IMG/VR virus record: IMGVR_UViG_3300036773_000165
Location: 1 to 38,511 of that record
Origin: a virus
Taxonomy: Duplodnaviria; Caudoviricetes
Reading direction: 5' to 3' (one strand)
DNA length: 38,511 nt
Numbering within the stretch: position 1 is the first letter of the stretch; the number at the start of each line of letters is the position of its first letter. Shown here in pieces: positions 26,054-31,774 of the stretch. The notes beneath the pieces were generated by a model. That model did not search any database. It saw only the letters and a list, made by a program, of their open reading frames with translations, and had not been told where the DNA came from. Both the position numbers and the translations under genes were made by a program.

Positions 26054-26415
26054 AGGTCGGCCCGCTGTTTCACGTCGACCACGACGGAAACTCGACCGCG
26101 GAGGAACCGGCGTACGAACCCACTCGGCTCGATCAGGTCAAGGTTGTAATAGGTGACCGGGGGCTGCAACGCGGCGGTCTGGAACGGTGTCATCGTGACG
26201 ATGATCTGTCCCTGGGACGTCAGCACGACCCCGCCGTTGTCAGTGGACAGCTCAATGTCGGCCGGGGAGAGCTGGGCTCCGACCAGCATCATCGCAGACC
26301 AGCCAGTGAAGTCGATGGGGTTGGTACCGTCAGGGAGCCAACGGAATTCTCGCCGGTAGCTAGTGCCGCTGTAGACGGTGAATTCGTAGTTCAGCGGCAG
26401 CGTATAGGTGGCCAT
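26050..26415 (-). CDS. Ig-like virion fibre-anchoring protein (putative)
   Basis: 121 aa; G.S....F....PIDFTGW.A.M...G.I......T..L....Y.L.......R.L.G.V pattern common to phage fibre adaptor domains. Confidence 0.65.
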   Translation of the reverse strand: MATYTLPLNYEFTVYSGTSYRREFRWLPDGTNPIDFTGWSAMMLVGAQLSPADIELSTDNGGVVLTSQGQIIVTMTPFQTAALQPPVTYYNLDLIEPSGFVRRFLRGRVSVVVDVKQRADL

Positions 26416-26903
26416 CAGCCCGGCACATCGTTGAAAGCGAGAACTTCCTGCAGCGCGTTCTTGTGGGCGAAGGCGAGGACTTGGTCGAGTGGAGACAATT
26501 CACACTTGGGTGTGAGCGCGACAATGCGCAGCAAGTCGACATCGTCGATGTGAGTCGGCCGGGATGCGGCGAGGGCGTGATCCGACTTCTTCGCCGCAGA
26601 CTTCGCGTGGGTCTTCGCGCGCTTCTCTTCCCACTCGGCGAGCGCGGCGACGGCCTTGGCCTGGGTGTCTTTGTCGACGCCCTTACCGGAAGCCCATACC
26701 TTGACCCGAGAGACAGCGATGGCGATGGCTTCGCTGGTGGTGTGGCCGGTCTTCTTCACGGCACGGGCGATGCGGCAGATGTAGTCCGGGAGGCCGCCGG
26801 CCTCTTGCACCCAGTTGGATCCCGGTGACTCGTCCAGCGAGCAACCGGCGAAGGCAACGATCAGATCGTAGTCTTCGCCTGTCAGTTCAAGCTCGACGGC
26901 CAC
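26415..26903 (-). CDS. Hypothetical protein, possibly internal head protein
   Basis: 162 aa; NWVQEAGGLPDYICRIARA...AIAIAVSRVK.WA helical domain; SD GGAG before GTG. Confidence 0.7.
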   Translation of the reverse strand: MAVELELTGEDYDLIVAFAGCSLDESPGSNWVQEAGGLPDYICRIARAVKKTGHTTSEAIAIAVSRVKVWASGKGVDKDTQAKAVAALAEWEEKRAKTHAKSAAKKSDHALAASRPTHIDDVDLLRIVALTPKCELSPLDQVLAFAHKNALQEVLAFNDVPG

Positions 26904-26955
26904 CGGCTCTCCAAATTGGTTCAGTCAGTTGTGCTCACTGCATGGGGGAACGCCG

Positions 26956-27237
26956 TCACTTGGCCTTGGCGTCACGATCCTTGGCGGCGGCCTTCTGAAC
27001 GGCTTCCTGCTTGGCGCCGGCCTTCTCTTCGTCGTCGACCCGCTTGAGCTTCTCGCCCGGGTAGAGGTTGTCGGAGAGGACTTCGATGGTCTCGGTTTCG
27101 CCGGTGTCAGGATTGGTCTGCTCAACGAGTTTGGTGATCGTGGTCTCGAAGAACTGAATCTCGTCGTCCTTCTTCTTGTCGGAGCCGGACTGGGCCTGGC
27201 TCGTCGCGGTGGGGCGCGTCTTGTCGGTGTCGGCCAT
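26956..27237 (-). CDS. Small charged hypothetical protein (93 aa)
   Basis: SD GAGGAG; strongly biased codon usage. Confidence 0.75.
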   Translation of the reverse strand: MADTDKTRPTATSQAQSGSDKKKDDEIQFFETTITKLVEQTNPDTGETETIEVLSDNLYPGEKLKRVDDEEKAGAKQEAVQKAAAKDRDAKAK

Positions 27238-27248
27238 GGTCGGGCTCC

Positions 27249-27713
27249 TCAGATTCTTACGTTGTCGAATGCGGAGGCCATCGAAGTGAGCAGGCTGCTG
27301 CGCATCCGAGGGTCGGTGACGGAGTGGTTGACGGTGTTGAGGATGAGCTGCTGGACTTCGCGCAGGAGGGCTTTGCGTTCCTGGCCGGTCATCACTTCAC
27401 TCTTGGTGAGCATGCGGTTGAATTCTTGGGTCATGCTCAACCAGAAGGCGTTGAAGTCGCGTTGACTGTTCGCGTTGGCGAAGCCGCCGAGTGATCCTCG
27501 TTCCTTTTCCCGCATGACGATGTAGTTGTAGGCGATGCGCTCGATGAGCAGTTGCTGCACGGTGCTCATCGGGAGGTCTTTGGCCTCTTCCCGCATGCGG
27601 ATCACGAGCACCTCGTAAAGCTCGCGCATTTTCGTGTCTTCGATGTGGTCTGGCAGGGTGAAGGCACCGTCGAGCGCGGCGAAGTCGTCGATGCGGCGCG
27701 GGAGACGAGGCAT
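27249..27713 (-). CDS. Helical protein, candidate terminase small subunit (154 aa)
   Basis: First gene of the late region; all-helical; ATG 27713 lies 7 nt after CCGATAG; function inferred from position and size only. Confidence 0.45.
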   Translation of the reverse strand: MPRLPRRIDDFAALDGAFTLPDHIEDTKMRELYEVLVIRMREEAKDLPMSTVQQLLIERIAYNYIVMREKERGSLGGFANANSQRDFNAFWLSMTQEFNRMLTKSEVMTGQERKALLREVQQLILNTVNHSVTDPRMRSSLLTSMASAFDNVRI

Positions 27714-27720
27714 GTCGTTT

Positions 27721-27727
27721 CTATCGG
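27721..27727 (-). promoter_or_regulatory. Putative late promoter CCGATAG (leaderless) at the early/late boundary
   Basis: Exactly 7 nt before ATG 27713; no SD present. Confidence 0.65.
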
Positions 27728-27741
27728 TTGAGGGAATCAAC

Positions 27742-28374
27742 CTACTGGCGGGCGCGGAGCCAACCGTGGGTAAAGAACATTGGGCTGCCGGGCCGGTAGT
27801 GCGGGTGTCGCACGGTTTCGATTTTGTAGTCGAACTGTTCGAGCAGGGTCTGGCAGCTGTCGTGTAGCGCGGGTGTGTGGAATTCGACGAGTAGGTCGGG
27901 TCGGTGTACGGCGAGTGTCTGTCGCGCGCCGAACAGGACTCGCAGTTCGTGGCCTTCGGTGTCGATCTTCATGAAGTTGGGTGGTTCGAGGGCGCCTTCG
28001 TTGACGAGGAAGTCAACGGTGTGTGCGGGGACGGTCCGGATGAGGGCTTCGGGGAGGTCCGGGTTCCATTCCATGCCGTGTGTGCCAGCGGTGACGAGCT
28101 GCCCGGTGTCGATTTTGTCGGGCAGGGCGATGAGCTGTAGATCGTCGTCGTGGTCGGAGAGTGCAATGGGGAACCAGGCGTAATTGCCGCCGAATTGGCG
28201 AAGGTGGTCCCAGCATTCCTCGGCGGGTTCGAAGGCGTAGACCTGTTCGAAGCGGGTCAGCATGGTGGGGACGGTTTGGCCACAGTTGGCGCCGATGTCC
28301 CAGCCGACGTTTCCCTGGAAGTCACCCCAGAGTTTGTTCCAGATCTCCGGGGGGTCAATGGGCGCGGGCTTCAC
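27742..28374 (-). CDS. FkbM-family SAM-dependent methyltransferase
   Basis: WDIGANCG, VYAFEP, FMKIDTEGHELRVL.GA, LLVEFH. Confidence 0.9.
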   Translation of the reverse strand: MKPAPIDPPEIWNKLWGDFQGNVGWDIGANCGQTVPTMLTRFEQVYAFEPAEECWDHLRQFGGNYAWFPIALSDHDDDLQLIALPDKIDTGQLVTAGTHGMEWNPDLPEALIRTVPAHTVDFLVNEGALEPPNFMKIDTEGHELRVLFGARQTLAVHRPDLLVEFHTPALHDSCQTLLEQFDYKIETVRHPHYRPGSPMFFTHGWLRARQ

Positions 28375-28577
28375 GCGGGCACCTGCACGAAGGTGCGCAG
28401 CCGGGAGATTTCATAGGCCATGGCCAGCATCACGCTGCGATAGTCGCCGGTAGGACAGGTGCACGTCTTGAGTAGACCGACGTCGCAGCTGGGACAGAGA
28501 TTTAGCCAAGGGTCAGCCTGTGCGAGAACGTCATCGACGTGGGCCTGGATCTCTTGAACTGTGTCAACGTCGATCAC
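28371..28577 (-). CDS. Small Cys-rich hypothetical protein
   Basis: 68 aa, CPSC...CTC; 4-nt overlaps on both sides. Confidence 0.65.
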   Translation of the reverse strand: MIDVDTVQEIQAHVDDVLAQADPWLNLCPSCDVGLLKTCTCPTGDYRSVMLAMAYEISRLRTFVQVPA

Positions 28578-29686
28578 GACAGCTTGCTCATTTCGGCGAG
28601 GCTGATCTTTGCGGGTGGTTTCGGTGGGGCGAAGGTTTGGAAGACTTCGCCGAGCATGACGATGGCGAGTTCAAGGGCGGCGCGGGCGTCGTCGAGGCGG
28701 ACCTGGATCTGCATCTGCCAGAGGATCTTCATGGCGGCGACGAGAGTGTTCTGATCCAAGGTGAGCGCGAGGTTTTGCCGGAGAGCGAGGGCCAGGCCGT
28801 TCTTGTGGACCTCTGCCCCGCATTGCAGCTTGATGACGTCGCTGAGGACGTGGATGGCTTCGGTGATGATGCTGGTGGCGTCAGATGCGTGGCGGAGGGC
28901 TTCGTCGAGTCGGGTGAACGCTGCGGGTAGATCGCCGGCAGCGAGCCGGTCGAGGATGCCGGCGGCATGGTCGGTGTGACCGATGAGTCGCTGGTATTGC
29001 TCGGCGGTGGTCAGGCCGATGCGGGCGACCTGGTCGAGGGCCATGATGGCGTCGCGCATGGCTCCGTCGGCGCGGTCGGCGATCAGGTCGAGGAGATCCT
29101 GGTCGACGAGGTGGTTTTCGGCTTGGGCGATGTAGGCGAGCCGGCTGGCGATGTCGGCGGGTGCGAGCCGTTTGAAATGGAACGGGATGCAACGGCTAGC
29201 GACGGTGCCGAGGATTTTGCGGAGTTCGGTGGTGCAGAGCACGAAGAGGGTGTGTGGTGGGGGCTCTTCGATGGTTTTGAGGAGGGCGTTGAAGCCGGCG
29301 GGGCTGATGGATTGGGCTTCGTCGAGGATGACGATGCGCCAGTCGCCGGTCTGTCGGTATTGGAGGTTTTGTCGTAGGGAACGGATGTCGTCTACGGTGC
29401 CGGTGCTGGCTGCGTCAATTTCGATGACGTCCATGCTGGTGCCGTCAAAGACGGATTTGCATGCCGGGCAGGTGCCGCAGGGTTTGTTGGGTTCCTGGCA
29501 GTTGAGGGCAGCGGCGAGGATGCGAGCGGTGGTGGTCTTGCCGGTGCCCTTGCAGCCGGCGAAGAGCATGGCCGAGGGGATCTGGTTAATGTCGACCATG
29601 CGGTGCAGGATGAATTGAACGGCGGGCTGACCAACGAGGTCGTTGAAGCTGTGGGGGCGGTATTTTGTGGCCCAGGTTTCAGACAT
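28574..29686 (-). CDS. dnaX: DNA polymerase III clamp-loader subunit gamma/tau-like
   Basis: KYRP..F.DLVGQ, Walker A GCKGTGKTT, Zn C...PCGTCPAC, EIDAAS, ILDEAQ, NALLKTIEEPP, SRC, GAMRDA. Confidence 0.95.
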   Translation of the reverse strand: MSETWATKYRPHSFNDLVGQPAVQFILHRMVDINQIPSAMLFAGCKGTGKTTTARILAAALNCQEPNKPCGTCPACKSVFDGTSMDVIEIDAASTGTVDDIRSLRQNLQYRQTGDWRIVILDEAQSISPAGFNALLKTIEEPPPHTLFVLCTTELRKILGTVASRCIPFHFKRLAPADIASRLAYIAQAENHLVDQDLLDLIADRADGAMRDAIMALDQVARIGLTTAEQYQRLIGHTDHAAGILDRLAAGDLPAAFTRLDEALRHASDATSIITEAIHVLSDVIKLQCGAEVHKNGLALALRQNLALTLDQNTLVAAMKILWQMQIQVRLDDARAALELAIVMLGEVFQTFAPPKPPAKISLAEMSKLS

Positions 29687-30422
29687 TGGTGTCGCTCAGG
29701 GGCATCAAGCGGGCGGTGATGATGCAGCATTCACCCTGGTCGCGGAGCAGTTTGGCCATGTCGGATCGTTTGATTTTGCAGTTTCCATCTTGGCCCCAGG
29801 TGGGCCCCCAGGAGTTATGCAGGATGTAACAGTCGGCGTTGATATCGATGCCGGTGGCAAGGATGCAGTGGCCGCCGGCGATGCTGCCAGTGGGGTGGAT
29901 GTAGTTGTCGGCGTCAGGCCGGAACATGTCCTCGGTCCAGTTGATGCCAATGATGGCCGGGCCGAGGTGGCTGACGCCTCGGGCCATGTCGTTCTCGGAC
30001 TTGGCCCAACGGTATTCAGCGTAGTAGCCGAGTTTGGCGGCGGCTTTGATGGCGTACAGGACGCCGGTGCCTTCGTACTGGGGGTTGGCGCCGGGGTAAC
30101 TGCCGCCTGGCCAGGGGTCGGTTTTCTGGGCTGCCCAGTAGATCTTTTCGCGGGCGAAGGTGGCGTCGAGGCCGGGGACCGGGACAGGGTTCCAGAGCAG
30201 TTCGTTGGTGGTGCCGAAGCCGGTGCAGGCGCCTTCTTGTCCTTGGTCCAGGACTGGTGTGCCGGGTGGGGCGTCCCATAGTTTCGTGACCAGCGTGTTC
30301 TTGTGTTCATCGCTAAGCAGGTCGCGGATCAGGAAGTCCAGCGATCGGGGGTCGAAGATCGGAACCCGGTCGAGGCGTACGTCAAGCGTGGTCATGCCGT
30401 TCTTGATCGTGTATTGCGGCAT
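29679..30422 (-). CDS. Papain-like (C1) cysteine peptidase (247 aa)
   Basis: DQGQEGACTGF (Gln/Cys), GGHCIL (His), HNSWGPTWGQDG (Asn). Confidence 0.88.
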   Translation of the reverse strand: MPQYTIKNGMTTLDVRLDRVPIFDPRSLDFLIRDLLSDEHKNTLVTKLWDAPPGTPVLDQGQEGACTGFGTTNELLWNPVPVPGLDATFAREKIYWAAQKTDPWPGGSYPGANPQYEGTGVLYAIKAAAKLGYYAEYRWAKSENDMARGVSHLGPAIIGINWTEDMFRPDADNYIHPTGSIAGGHCILATGIDINADCYILHNSWGPTWGQDGNCKIKRSDMAKLLRDQGECCIITARLMPLSDTNV

Positions 30423-30684
30423 CTGGGCGTCTCCCGATCGACAGCAGCGGTGGGGCGGATGCCCGCAGCGCATTCGTCATCGGTTGAGATGCGGCGCGTC
30501 GGACATCCTCTGGCACCCCTACCGCGCAGCCGTTGTCTCGTTTCGCGAGGACGTCCGTTCGGGTGAATCCGAAGGCGTAACCGCAGTCTTCGCATTCGAA
30601 GTAGGTGTGGTCGCCGTCTTGTTCGGGCTCGGCTCGTCCCCTGCACAACGGGTCGGCGCAGGGGACTGATTCGGCTTTGATCAC
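30382..30684 (-). CDS. Zinc-ribbon hypothetical protein
   Basis: CADPLC...FECEDCGY; coupled to the upstream gene. Confidence 0.65.
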   Translation of the reverse strand: MIKAESVPCADPLCRGRAEPEQDGDHTYFECEDCGYAFGFTRTDVLAKRDNGCAVGVPEDVRRAASQPMTNALRASAPPLLSIGRRPDAAIHDQERHDHA

Positions 30685-30851
30685 TGTTCGGCGTCGAGCT
30701 GGCGCTGTTCGTCGGCGATCAGCGCGTACACATCGTCATCGGGGTCGAGGGCGGAGGTCAGGTTCTCCGGGTCGGTGTTGCCCGGATCGGCGCCGGCCGT
30801 GGTTGCGAGTCGGTTTCCGTCCATGTCGACATCACGGCTCTGGTTGGTCAT
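30681..30851 (-). CDS. Small acidic protein (56 aa)
   Basis: ATGA overlap at 30848-30851; Asp-rich. Confidence 0.6.
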   Translation of the reverse strand: MTNQSRDVDMDGNRLATTAGADPGNTDPENLTSALDPDDDVYALIADEQRQLDAEQ

Positions 30852-31075
30852 TTCTGCTCCTTGGCCTCTTGTCGGGCGAGGGCGGCGTTGCCCCAAAACA
30901 TAACTTCTTCGAGTTGAGTGATTGCGAGGCTCTTTTCTCGGCCGTCCGGGACGCTGGCGTTGATGAAGTGAGCGAGTTGCCGGCAGCCTTGACGAATGCT
31001 CCTGTGCGCGTCCTTCTTTTCGTCGCTTGTGGCCGGGTGGAAAGCGAACCGGTGGTCAATGTCTTCGGGTGTCAC
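30848..31075 (-). CDS. Acb2/Tad1-like helical-hairpin protein (candidate immune-signal sponge), 75 aa
   Basis: GTGA overlap at 31075; RFAFHP...IR...LA..I...VPDGREKSLAITQLEEVMFWGNAALAR. Confidence 0.7.
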   Translation of the reverse strand: MTPEDIDHRFAFHPATSDEKKDAHRSIRQGCRQLAHFINASVPDGREKSLAITQLEEVMFWGNAALARQEAKEQK

Positions 31076-31377
31076 GGTGTCCTCAGGGTTCGGGTGCGGA
31101 AGAAGTCGCGGAGGTCTTCTTCCTGGGCCATGATCAGCCTGGCGTAGCGGCTGGTGAAGTGGTCGTTGAGTTTGTAGTTGTAGTCGTCGGGTGTGGTGGC
31201 GAGCATCCGGTTCCATCGGTAGGCGGCCCAGAGCAGTTCGATGCCGATCTTCCGGTAGCCGCGGGCTTGCATTTGGCGGGCCATGCGGACGAGTTCGGTG
31301 TACACACTGGGGTTGTTGAGGTGAAATTCGAGGAATCGTTGGTCGATGCTGCGTTGGGTGACCAGAGGTGCTGTCAC
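31072..31377 (-). CDS. Conserved phage hypothetical protein (101 aa)
   Basis: F.EFH..NP.VY...RW...YKLND....YARL.M...L..FF.TR pattern; coupled on both sides. Confidence 0.75.
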   Translation of the reverse strand: MTAPLVTQRSIDQRFLEFHLNNPSVYTELVRMARQMQARGYRKIGIELLWAAYRWNRMLATTPDDYNYKLNDHFTSRYARLIMAQEEDLRDFFRTRTLRTP

Positions 31378-31583
31378 AGTCCGTAACCCCAGCGGCTGAT
31401 CATTTCGTCGAAGTGCCAGAAGTTGGCTTCCAGGTTGGTGCGGTCCTCTTCACAGAAGTCGTCTCGTTCCATCTCCCCGGGGCCGGCGAACAGGGTGGGT
31501 TCCTGGTTCACGTTGACCTCACCGGTGGAGTCGTATTTGCTGAGGATGGCGAAGCCAACTCCGATGTAGTGCATGTCGTTCAT
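31374..31583 (-). CDS. Hypothetical protein (69 aa)
   Basis: 4-nt overlaps on both sides. Confidence 0.6.
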   Translation of the reverse strand: MNDMHYIGVGFAILSKYDSTGEVNVNQEPTLFAGPGEMERDDFCEEDRTNLEANFWHFDEMISRWGYGL

Positions 31584-31774
31584 AGTTGACCTCGTAGACT
31601 CTCGACCATTTCGTCGTACATTTCTTCGAAGTAGAACGTCGCGTATCCCTTGTACCGGCTGTCTTTAAGCCATTCCGGGGCGATGACTCGACGGTTCTGG
31701 TAGACCATCGCGTCCTTGTCCTCAGGTCCAGGCAGGAAGACACGGATGGATAGTTCGACACGTGGGAAGCTCAT
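31580..31774 (-). CDS. Hypothetical protein (64 aa, MSFPRVELSI...)
   Basis: ATGA overlap with the radical SAM stop at 31771-31774. Confidence 0.6.
   Translation of the reverse strand: MSFPRVELSIRVFLPGPEDKDAMVYQNRRVIAPEWLKDSRYKGYATFYFEEMYDEMVESLRGQL

Noticed and set aside
30477-30483. CCGATGA upstream of the papain-like gene as a late promoter
   Set aside because: Degenerate variant inside coding sequence, where CCG ATG arises often; insufficient support
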